From contig NW_003526941.1 in the NCBI RefSeq assembly GCF_000181795.1, forward strand, positions 9,110,037 through 9,143,680: 33,644 bases of DNA. The letters are read 5' to 3'. Both the position numbers and the translations under genes were made by a program. Shown piece by piece: positions 11,054 to 22,900 of this stretch. Source of the DNA: Trichinella spiralis. Its lineage: Eukaryota. The notes beneath the pieces were generated by a model, which saw nothing but the letters and a program-made list of their open reading frames with translations, had not been told where the DNA came from and made no database searches. The first letter of the stretch is position 1. Every line of letters begins with the position of its first letter.

Positions 11054-12995
11054 TTACTTTAAATGGTCAAAGTTGCTTTTGTCAATGACGGAGATTTTCA
11101 ATTTTTCCATCAATTTTTTTGCTTCCATTTCATCTGTTTCTTTTGGAATCTGCACGTGATGACTCATCAGCTTCAAAGCGGTTTGGGATGTTCTTGGTCG
11201 CTGTTCTGGACGTGAATCTTTTTCTATCAGTGCAGAAAAATTGAGCTGCCTTTGCTGTTGACGGGTTTCAATCAATTTATCCCGTAATTTTGTTAAATAC
11301 TGTCGTCGTTTTGTCAAAATATCATCTGAATTTTGATCCTCTACATTTGGAAAATGCTGAAGCAAAAGAAAAAGAACAATTAATCCATTTCAAATACGAC
11401 AAAAATGCATTCCCATACTTGATGTTGACTTGTTGATGCTTCATCCATTTGTCCATCGGAATTGTTTGTATTATTAATCAAAGAAGACAGCAGCTCTTTG
11501 TATGGTAAAGATGGGCATTCTGGAACTGTTAAGTGATCAAACGACGACTGATCACTTGAGACCGTGCTTGATGAGTTGTCATTGAATTTGTCATTTTTGA
11601 ATATTTTCTGACTGTTTTCCCATTCCAATAAAGATATCTTCAGTACCTGAAATAAATTATCAGTCGGGCGATGATTGACTGTCCAAATTTAAGGCAGTAT
11701 ATTTCAGACATTTCTTTTTTTTTAATTTACATTTAACGAGCTAATTGTGTACAGTTACTTTTTGTATTATTTCCGCTTCTTGTTTTTCTAAAGCGTTGAT
11801 TCGTTCTTGTTCTATGAGGCTTAAACGAATTGCCTCTTTCAGTTCTTCATCTGCTTCGGCTAGTTTCCGTTGTTCAGCAGCACATTCGTTTTCACTGATT
11901 CTGATGAAAATTTTCCAAAATAATTTAAGAATTTAAACTAGCACTATTTTCTGTGAATCACATGCAGCGTATGTAATTTTAATTTAAATAGTTGCATGCA
12001 ATATTCATTTTGTGTATATTTATAAAACGGTGAACAGAATGCAAACTTTTTGAATTTTATTTACATTGTAAACTTTTCTTTAAATCGATTCTATATTTAT
12101 GTTGTGTTATTTTACCTGAAATAATCTAGAAATGAATGACGTTTATCTGTCTGGACTTTTGCGTTCTGCTGCTGACGGTGATCAGTAAACTTTGATGATG
12201 AATTTCTCGAAGAGGGTGATGTGTTTCCACTTGCATGCTGCGAATAAATAATAATATTGAAATATTTTTTAAAAAAACTTTTATTTTGAACTGATTTGAG
12301 AAGTTATTTAAAGATTATTTTTGTTTTTATTAGATGTTTTTTATATTTAAATTACCTGCAACACCGCCAACGCTTGTAGTTGTAATTCAGCATTTTTCTT
12401 AGCCATCATACGACTGAAAAGATTATAATCTGAGGCAGCTAGAACAGCTTCATAAGCTGAAACGGTTTCAATGGAAAATTCACTGCAGTGTTCATTTTGT
12501 AAAGCTAAGCCCAGTGTTGAATCATCGATATGTTGTTCTTCACAAAATGACTGAATCAGTGCATTAACCTGCAAATTAATCAATCTGGTGAATTAGAAAA
12601 CAAAACAGACAAATTATGTGCAGTCCATAATTTATACCATAATTTTGTAATCTTCAAAAATTTGCAAATGAGTTTCTTCTTCAGTAGCATTTTTGTTAAA
12701 AGCTGCAAATGATAATAGAAAAGTCAACTTTGCGACAAAGCCATAAGTGAATTAATATAATAAACGTAGCAAAAAAATCCCTTTAGATGTCGGTATTTTT
12801 ATTTCTAATTATTCTATGCAAATGTAATTAAATATATAATTAAATTTCAATTATAATGTAAAAAATGTTAAATTTCAACTAACAGCTACACTGGTTTTCA
12901 ATAAACGAGATGACGGGCCAGCTCCAAGCAGGACTTCGTAAAAATCCATGGAATTGTCGGCAAATTTCTGCTGATTTTGCTTTTTCTGAGTCCAT
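11054..12995 (-). CDS. CFAP36: Cilia- and flagella-associated protein 36 (CCDC104/BARTL1), N-terminal BART-like ARL3-binding domain
   Basis: Exons 12995-12884, 12702-12638, 12568-12356, 12237-12116, 11900-11759, 11646-11419, 11356-11054. Motifs: GFLRSPAWSWPVISFIENQC, IFEDYKIMVNALI, VLAASDYNLFSRMMAKKNAELQLQAL and C-terminal KRRQYLTKLRDKLI. Confidence 0.88.
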
Positions 12996-13070
12996 CTTTT
13001 GGTGTTTCGCGTACGTTTGTAGCTTCTGATAAAATCCATCCAGATATTTATTGATTGCTAATTTTTCTCT

Positions 13071-13084
13071 GTAACCATGGCAAC
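13071..13084. promoter_or_regulatory. X-box (RFX/DAF-19 binding site) upstream of CFAP36
   Basis: GTAACC-AT-GGCAAC fits the nematode X-box consensus GTHNYY-AT-RRNAAC. It lies 76-89 bp upstream of the CFAP36 ATG, a typical position for ciliary genes. Confidence 0.8.
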
Positions 13085-14412
13085 ACTGAATAACAAACCG
13101 TGGTCGTCCACTTTTCTTTGACACTTGTCTGGCTAGAAAGGTCTGCTTTTATTTAAGCAGTAAAAATTTCATTTTTGGAAACAGAGTGCGTGCATTTTTT
13201 TTCAATTATTAAATTTTTAGCGACTAGCAGCAAGTTAATCGTCTGTTTAACTGGAAAAGAAAACTCATTTATTGAATGACATAGTTCGACACTGCAATAT
13301 TTGCTTACTGAAAATGCTGTCTATTTGCTTGTTTGTTTAATAAACTAATGGCTTTTTTATGTTTCAAACTGTGCAAGATGCATGTGAACAGGATAATTTT
13401 TAAATTTAATCTCTGAGCACATATGAACTCATTTTCTTGCCAGATTGTTATCAGCATAGCAAATATGGAATTATTTTCAATATAAAAGCATTTTAATTTG
13501 CAATTTAAGTACAAGATTGTTGCCGGCATTTTTGTGCATTCATTGTGGGAAGCAGTTTTGTTTTTCACAGAATATGTGAGGGCAAAGATCGCTTATTTCT
13601 GAACTTCAACGGTGTAATTTTAATTGATAAACCCTCAAAAACGATGTAATGTTTTTCAAAAGGAACACTTGTATTATTTTTTGTTATGTAATTTATCACT
13701 GAAACCTGATTGCATGATTACTGTATTTTCTGTTGTAAAATGTTTAATATTGATACTGTTTTATTTGAAAGGCTTATTTAAATTACCAAATTGATCAAAG
13801 AAAGCTTGTGTACAATTTTATTTATTATGTGCTCAATAAGCTACTGATATGAGTTATTTTTTGCTTGTTTTTTCTTGAAAATTTGCGCAAGAATGCTGCT
13901 ACACAGTGCACAGATTTTGGAAATGTTTTTTACAATTACAATTGATAAATTATTGCACGCATCTTAATCTTGTATCTTGGAAATGCTGAAATTAATGAAT
14001 AGGACATCAAAAGTTTTGTGTTTGACAAAAGCGGATAAAAGTAACAAGTTAAATATTTAAAATATTTTGGCTTTTTGGCGCTATTATAAATATTCATATG
14101 CGTAGGTGGCACATTTTGGAGGAAAATTTTTATTTGAATAGATTGGGTTTTATGTATTAAATTTCTTTGTTTTGCATATTTGTACATGTGTAGAATTTAA
14201 ATGTGTTTTATTTTTTTTATTAATTCAGTTTTGTTACATGCTATAATTGACGTCATCTTTGTTTGAAAATATATAAATTTACAGTACGGCGAATTGTTAT
14301 TGAATGTAGTTTGCAGGAATCAAAACTGAAATTCATATTATTATTATAGAACTGTATTCCAACGTGGGCAAAGTATTATATTTGTTATCTGTCAAAGTCT
14401 TCATTTCTGAAG

Positions 14413-16589
14413 ATGAATGATTCTTCCATGACGTTTATTTATCAGCTTCCTTTTCGTAGTATGGAGATTCTCGTAAATTGTTTGGATGTGGACAACGGAT
14501 GGGAAGAAGTTGGTAAGAAAAATTTAAAAAAAATGTTTAAGAACTTTTATTGTTGTTGTAAAAATAGTATATCTGCTCTATTTCGGCTTTTTTTCTTTTT
14601 CAGCGGAGAAAAATTGAAAAGCGGTTACAAAATTTATACATTGAAAATTATTTAATTTTATTAGTTTAGTTTTATTTTGTCATTTTTACTTATCTTTCGT
14701 TTGAATTTTTTTACTTTAGACAGGCAGTGAAATTTATGAAAAACAAAATTTCCATATGCACATTGTGGATGCACTCAGTTGCATTTTATTTTTGCAAACT
14801 CAGTGTATATATATATATGCATAAGAAGACTGTTAAACCGTATTAATTTTTAAAAATAAAATATGCAGAAAAGTTTTTTAATGCAATCAGCCTGTCTTTT
14901 GTTGAATTATTTAGCTTTTTTTGCTGTTGTTTTCAGGTGTACGGTTTATTTTAGGTAGAATTATGCAAAACGGAAGGTAGAAATTGTATCTTTATTTTTT
15001 CCATTTCAGCTGGTATGTTGAATTTCACTTTTCAAGAGGTTTGCTTTCTGCGCCAGGCTAGAAGCAGAAATAACTCTCCATCTGCGGAGATGCTGCAAAT
15101 ACTCAGCGGTAGAGGTGTTAGTCTGAAAATATTGAAAGAAGCTCTGCAGCAAGTAGGAAACTTTAGAGCTTTGGAATTGCTCGACAGTTCTAGTAAGTCC
15201 ATTTCTAGCAAGTAGATTTTTGTTTAATTTGTAATTTTCTTTTGTTATCTTAGTTAAAGATTCAACGAGTGAAGACAAAAGTCCCCACAAACCGTTGTTA
15301 AATCCAGTTAACGAGAATTGCAATTTGCTGTTTACTGCATATGATAATCAGCATCCAATGGAAAATAATACTATGGAAAAGAAGCCAGTCTCTGCAAATC
15401 ACAGTGCAGTGATGTCCGTTCCAGGTGCACTGCGTGCTAGTTATGAGGAAATTGTGCAAGCAACGGACAACTTTTCTGCCAGTAATTTGCTTGGTCATGG
15501 TGGTTATGGGATGGTATACAAAGGTATATGGAAAAATACTGTTGTTGCTGTGAAGAAGTTGGTTTTAGACAATTGTACTGATAAACAGCAACAACCTTTG
15601 CATAATCATGCAGCTGTGCAGCAATTATTGAAAGAACTCCAAGCATTGACATTGCTTCGACACGACAACATTTTATCCTTGTACGGTTATTGTTTCGACC
15701 ATATGGTACCCTACCTTGTATATCAGTACATGGCCAATGGTTCTCTTGAAGATCGGCTTCATAATAAAGTGAGTGAGTTGACGATTTTTTAAAAATATTT
15801 TTCTTTCAATTTATCATTAGCTGTGATTAAAATTTACAATGATATTTTTTCACTGTATTGCAATATTGTTTGTTTGTTTGTTGTGTTTTCGATGCATTAA
15901 ATATTTTAAGCGGATAGCTTTCATTTATTTCTAGAGTGAAAATAAGCTACTGACATGGATGGAGCGACTTAAAATATTGCTTGGCACATGTAGAGGCTTG
16001 AACTTTCTGCACACGTGCAGTGATCAACCCATAATTCACGGTGATGTGAAGAGTGCGAATATTCTACTAGATCAACATTTGGAACCGAAAATTGGAGACT
16101 TTGGTCTGTGCCGTGTTGGAAAATTGCGTGACGGTGTAGACGAGCATCCTTTTATTGTATCACATATCAAGGGGACGCTTGCTTATTTGCCACCTGAATT
16201 TATTTCTAAAAAGTTAGTCTCGTCCAAGTTAGATGTGTACAGTTTTGGAACAGTATGCTTGAAAAACACCGTGCATTTTGACGCAAGTAGATCAGTGCGA
16301 TGGGTTTTAGGTACTTTTTGAAGTAGCGACGGGCTTGCATCCTTACAATGCGAATCGATGCCCGAAAAATTTGGTCTGCTTTATGCGCCATGAGAGATTT
16401 GAACGTGGTTCGGTGACGCATCTGATTGACCAGAGTTTGGGCGAAAATTCCCCTGAAGCAAATGTGGGCATGAAATTTTTTGAGCAATTTGTTCAAGATG
16501 CATTCTGTTGCACTGCTGTAGAGCCGGCTAGCAGGCCATGCCTTGTCGAAATACTGAAACATCTCGAAGCTCTTCATGCTGATTTATAA
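14413..16589 (+). CDS. pik-1: Pelle/IRAK family kinase with N-terminal death domain
   Basis: Exons 14413-14512, 15010-15192, 15254-15768, 15935-16252, 16311-16589. Death-domain-like N-terminus (FIYQLP...LDVDNGWEEVA...SPSAEML...GNFRALELL). Kinase motifs: SYEEIVQATDNF, GHGGYGMVYKG, VAVKKL, YLVYQYMANGSLEDRL, HGDVKSANILLD, DFGL, GTLAYLPPE, DVYSFG. Confidence 0.92.
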
Positions 16590-16970
16590 TTTTTATTCAG
16601 TGTCATTTTTGGAAAATATTTTCCAATGCACATGATTGGATTATTGTTGAAAAAAGTCTATGGAGCAGAGCAAGTCACTGCAGCAGACCGAGTATCATCA
16701 GTATTTATATTGTTCAGAAAAGGGGGCATGAATTGTCTCAAGGCTTTTAATTATTATACTCGAAGGATGATTAACAAAATTATTCAACAATTTCTGTGCA
16801 TTTAGGTTATGTTATTATTGTGCAACAAAGTTGGATAATTTAAACTGGGAAGATTGTGACGTTACGGTTGAATTTCGTTGTTCTTTTTCATCACTATTTG
16901 TTGCCGTATATTTCTTTGAATTTGCAAACTGAAACGATTATTTCCTTGTTCTTTGCTGAATCTGGAAAAT

Positions 16971-19943
16971 ATGCTGAACTTCCAAGAGAAGTGTGAAGAG
17001 AAAAATGATCGAATACACATTCATCTGAAGGTTAGTAATGTAAAATTGCATGCAGTATTTTAGTGTAATTTTGATTTATTTTTTGATATATTAATTTGTT
17101 CTGTTTGAAACAGAAATTTGAAGGCACTGTCCTTCAGGAAACTAAAGATTTGTTTGTCAGCTATGATCAGTTGAACAATGAACATCTACGAGATGTTGTG
17201 AAAGAAGTTTTTTCCATCAAGTCGTAAGTTGACGGTTAAATCTTAATCTGAAACTCGTATTTTAATAGTTTACTATTTTGTGCTACGTCGAATAAAGTGA
17301 TTATATTTATTTTAGTTTGATTACAATATTTAAAAATGTTATTATTAAAATTGAAAATTATATATTTTTTATTTAATTTTTAAATTAAGATTAATTTATC
17401 CATAGAAATGATAGTTGTTGAAAAATATTTTTGAAAAGCTTCTCTTGTTTTAGTGATTTTGTCATTTCTTACCTGATTTCAGATGATGATGGTAATTTTG
17501 TAAACTGTTATTTTTTACCTGTGTTGCTTGTAATTGATTCTGTTGTTATTTTTAGCTAATAAACCGCAGTCATTGAATTTAAAAGTTAGTGTCAAGTCGG
17601 TCGAAGATTTAGGTAATTCATTTTGTTGGTGTTCTTTTTTTTCCTCGCATATATGCTAATTTAAATTCATTTAAAACATCCTAAAGTTTGTGTCTTAAAC
17701 ATGAACTATTTTACTTTGTATTTTCTTGTGTTACTCTAGAATTGTTGTATTTTGCAGTATGTATTAATTATACGCAAGGTAATGAGTAATATTTATTGAA
17801 AAAAAATGACATTGAAAATGAACCTTTTTCTTAAATTCTAACGTGTGGTTGTAGATTTAGATGATTGGGAAATATTAGACTGCGATGAAGTTTTGGCAGT
17901 AGATCAGTCGTTCGGGAAAAACTGTGCTGGAGGCAGGTTGAATGTGAATTCTGCTTTTGGGGCCGCATTGATCAAGCTGTTCCAACCTAGCTCTAGCAAG
18001 AGTCGCGCATATTCGTGGTCTTTGAGCAAAACACCGTTGACGCTCGCAAAATACAACGAATACCTCGACAGTGAAGGCCGGATAATTCTTCTCAGCCAAC
18101 TCAGACTGCGAATTTTCCAAGGAGGATGTGAGCCTCGGCTGCGTCGCATTGTTTGGCCGATTCTTTTGGGCGTTTTCCCGCCCGGTCTGACCAGTGCTCA
18201 AAGACATGCTTGTATGCTTCAGTTGCGTCGAGTTTATTTTCACCTGCGCCATTCGTGGTATCAGCGTTTGCCGAAAGTTCGAGCTGAGATGCGTTGGATG
18301 ATGAATTCTATAAGAAAAGATGTGATTCGTACTGACAGAGAGCATCCATTTTATGCTGGTGATGAATGGAACAATGCCGGTTTGACTTCACTTTTCAACA
18401 TACTCACTACGTATGCTCTTTTTCACCCTCAGGTTGGTTGGTTTGTTTCTTCCTAAAAAAAATTCTCAGTTTCTGTAAATAAGGTACGCTTAAATTTTAA
18501 TGCATATTAATCAGGTGAGCTATTGTCAAGGAATGGGTGATTTGGTATCGCCACTTTTGGTAGTGTTGGGTGACGAAGCGCTCGCTTATGTTTGCTTTTG
18601 CGCAATGATGAAACGTTTAAGTCGCAATTTTGCATTCGATGGTCAAGCGATGGCGAATAAATTTCACGATCTAGCCCAACTGATCCATTACTATGATGAA
18701 AAATTTTCCGCATACTTGAAAGAGGTCCATGCCAATGATTTGCTCTTCTGCTATCGGTGGCTTTTGTTAGATTTGAAGCGGGAGTTCAAATTCGACCACT
18801 CGTTGATTGTGATGGAAGTGATCTGGGCATCGACACTGTCGCCACCGGTGCAAGAGATGGTGGAATTATTCGACCGTCAGTTGGCTATCTTTTGTCGTTT
18901 GAAAACTGTTCGCGACAAGAAAATGATCACTGGCAGCAATCGGTCGAGTTGCAGCCACGCATCCAAATGGAAGATTAATTGCCGACCTGCTCATTTGGCA
19001 ACTGATTCCACTGTTCTTAGGATGCAGTTGAATTGTTGGAAAAATTCCCACACGTCCAAAACGATTGACTTTTCCCCCAAGTACAGGTACGGAAATAATA
19101 TGCACGTTTTTTTTATTTCGTTGTATTTACTGTAGCCACACCTGTTCTGCTTGTGAGTTTTTTGCAACGGCTGTTTTGCAACTGCCGACAGCAGTGTTCA
19201 ACTTCGGCATTAACTCAGATTTTGATTCCGTTGCTTTGGCAGATTTGCATATGCCGGTTTGTTCGCCAGCAGATTTGCAATGCAATACGAACGAACTTAC
19301 TGTCGATGATGAACAATGCTGGCTCGACAGTTCTCTGTGGAAGAACGCTTGCACATCGTCTGTACAATTTGCCAAAGAAGTTTGGTCATCTGAATCCGAT
19401 AACGACGAAGAGCGAGATCAACTGGATGATGTGTTTGAAGGGAATTGTTGTTGCCAGTTAACTTTGGGTAGAATTCAAGAGATGCTGTACAAGTTGGATT
19501 TTCCCAAAGAGAACTCTGAATTCCTTTCGACAAATAACGGCAGCTTGTCGTCGTCGACCTCGTCCTCGTCTGTGTTGTCATGTGCAGATGATTTTTGCAT
19601 TTCTACTAGTCATCATACGAGCAACCAAGATTGTCTGAAAGAAACTGGTACAAATATGGATTTGTAATTTTTCAATATCATTATGAATTACTTTCGAATT
19701 TTTTCAGAAAATTGCGGATCAAATGATGTGAATCAAAAACTGAGCAGCGATGAGCCGTTTTTGATTTTTATCTGCATGACGTTGATTTTAAAACATCGTA
19801 ATTTGATAATGCGCAAGCGTATGGACATTAATGACATAACAATGTTTTTTGACAACCAAATGAAGCATTACAACGTGAAGAAGATACTTCGATTAGCGAG
19901 GCGACGTTTTGCTGATTATTTTCAAGATGATTTCTGTAATTGA
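16971..19943 (+). CDS. TBC1D25: TBC1 domain family member 25 (OATL1-like Rab-GAP)
   Basis: Exons approx 16971-17030, 17114-17223, 17454-17490, 17556-17611, 17855-18432, 18515-19086, 19136-19647, 19708-19943. R-finger IRKDVIRTDR, Q-finger YCQGMGD, FCYRWLLLDLKREF, N-terminal FVISYL and LIR-like DDWEIL, C-terminal PFLIFICMTLILKHR...LARRRFADY. Confidence 0.88.
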
Positions 19944-22900
19944 CATCTGCACACACATACTGTACATATATGTATTTACAAGAAATCAGATCATGCGCCA
20001 TCGCATTTTTCTCTTGGTGAGGTATATATTATTGTGTATTAATTTTGCACATTTTGTTTTCGATATAGCACTGCTGTTCATTTATCTTTTCTGAAGTGTT
20101 TAACTCTACATTGCGCTTATAATTTAACTGGAAGTCTGTTTTTTTGATTATGTTAGCAAAGCAATTTTGCAATGAATAATTTATGTCACTCATTGATTTG
20201 GACATATTTTTTTAACCATTTGTTGAGCTTGTCGGTTGATCTTCTGAACATTTTGTGCACATTTTGAATGTCGAATTGAGGAGCAGTTTTAGACTTTTTC
20301 ATTTAAGTGAAGCTTATATTCGATTTATTGTCAATCTTAAATTCAACCTAGTTGTTTGGTGGTTTTTTTTCTGGAATATCGATGATATACATGCACAAGT
20401 TGAAACTGCTTCATCGGCAACTTTCAAAAACGTTTTCTCTTTATTTATTATACATTTTTACCTTTTATTTTTAGGCCATTTGTTATTTCTTTTTTTAACA
20501 GCATGATGTGATTGATACGCTGTATTTCTGAAAAGCTTCTCGAAAAGAAAAATATATTTTGAAAAACGATAGGTTTTTTTGGATATTTTAGCGCGTAATT
20601 AAAATGGTTAAGATTACAGAAAAAAGCGCATGTAGTGTAGTACATTGAAAACATGAAGATTAATAAGTATTTGCATTAATTATATGCAATTTGAAAGCAG
20701 TATCAGATTGTTGATGTGCGTAAATGCCATATTACGTTGGAAAGATTTGCACATTGCTTCGATTTTTCTGCTTCCACTTTTACATTTGTATTTTAATGCA
20801 TAAAAAGAAAAGAGAAATTTTACAAGTTGTAATTGCTTTAAAGTTTGATCAGATAGCGTTTCGAAATTTGAAATTTGATTCCATTTTTGTTACATATCCT
20901 GACATGAGATGTAATAGCTGCTAAATAATTATCTTTTTATGAAATAAATTTAGCAGAAAAAGTGCACATTGCATGACTTCTTGATTGTTGTTGTAATTAT
21001 TGCATAACATTTTAGTTCACTATCGTGCTTTTTCAAATTTTCAAACAAAATTGACGATAAAAGTAGTATAACGAAAAGTAGTAGAATTGCAAATCTGAGG
21101 ATGGATACATCTTAAAAGAGTGGAACAGCTAATTTTTCTTCAAGAGCACATATTTGAATTATAAGACATTGTTACAGCTTTGAAATTGCTAAATGTTGAT
21201 TCATGTTTCATTATTTATCTTCTTTTTTTTAAACGCATGTTTGCTTGTAGGCAGAACTGGATTTAACTATCACTATGCATGGTATGGGCGTACAATTCAA
21301 ATGAATTGTATTTTTTGGTTTTTCGTCGTGAATTAACAATCACTGTCTGAAAATTGTTTCAAGCTGAAGCCCAAGGCTGCAATTTGTTGCCAAATTGTTT
21401 CAGGCTTGAAGCTACTGGACAAATTCTCGCATGAACTTGATTTTTTTGTTTGACAGCAAAGAAAACGGAAACTGGAAAGCGAGAAGAAGAGAATAAATAT
21501 TCCATTTGCAAAGGTCGTGAATGAAGTGTCATTCTGCTGCCATGTTGTACCATTGGTGGAAATCTTATGAGTTGCTTCATTCACGAAGAGTTCAGCTTGC
21601 TTTCTGCTTATGCACGACGGATGTTCATGAGCCCAACACTTACTTTGTCGTCCAGAAACTTATAACCAGGTAATTTTCAAATTTTTCAGTTGTAAATTTT
21701 TTTTCCATTCATATGCTAAAAACAACCACATGTTTGCTAAAATGGCTTGTTGCTTATTGCTGTTTTGAGTTTTAGATTGTTTTGCAGGTGAACTCTCGGT
21801 ATCCAATCGAACATATTCTAGTGTAAAAGTTGAAAATGAATTCTTATTAATTTGTAATAATAATTGAAATTTTGTTACCCTTGTACATTGAAATTTAGTG
21901 TTGTTCAGTATGTTCGAAGCTTAATGTTTAGTATGAAAATCAATTTTTGTAAAATGATTGTTTCTACCTTATTAAATAATATCCTTTGAGCCGGTATTAG
22001 CTATCGTGTGAAAGTGTAGGCAAACATCAGCGAATGATAGGAATTGTTGTTATTGATTTATTTTCTCTCATAGCAAAATTAGCTTGTTCAGTCAGGTAAA
22101 ATGATTGAGCCTCTGTGTTATATAATATGGAGAGTTTGATTCTAGTTCTTTGTTTATGAATGAATTTACTGCTGTTAGCCAGTTTGCAGCTAAGCGTTGG
22201 AGTTTGAAACGTCATTTCCTGGCTTAATGTATTGCAGTGTTAAAAATTAAACCGCCGTTGATTGTATTTCTTTGTTTGCATTTTTTAGTTCAATGAAACC
22301 CTTGTTTGTCAACGAAAATCTGTGTCTGTTGAAGACCACAAAATCGACCGAGAAATTTCACTGGTGGCAACACTGGACTTTATTTGAAGCTATTTTTCAA
22401 AGCATCCTTTGCACGTAAGTGGTTGCTATTGTAATGTTTTTGAAGAAGTTTGAGTGGTACAGTGTAAGTTGTTTCAGTACTACTGGAAAAAGCTTCGCAA
22501 TGCCTTACCTAAATTTAGCATATTATTATTGTGTTGTTGAGTTTTACTTTGTGTATAAGTTTGAGATAAAAAATATTTTTATCGTTGAATAACACAGAAA
22601 CCCATTTTACGTCGAATGCCCATTTCAAGCTATTGCCTAGAATTAGCAATGAATCAACCAACCCTGCCAGTTGTAGTTTAATGTTGTATATTGAACTATT
22701 TAAATGCATTTTGAGCATACCTGTTTTCAGTTGTATTAGTATGTGCTAAAATTTCAAAGCTATTTATTATTGAATGTATGAAAATTAACCGACAAGGGGC
22801 AATGATGGATACAAATGTAATGATATTCCACTAAATTTTGCGAGAACGAGTTCGGTGTATCTATCTATCATTAGATTTTGAAATGCTATAGCACAACTTA

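Noticed and set aside
12996..13124. N-terminal extension of CFAP36 from the GTG-started ORF
   Set aside because: Non-ATG start, it overlaps the X-box, and homology begins after ATG 12995.
21979..21987. ATATCCTTT resembling a U12 (AT-AC) intron donor
   Set aside because: No upstream exon and no clear TCCTTAAC branch site or acceptor; plausible by chance in AT-rich DNA.
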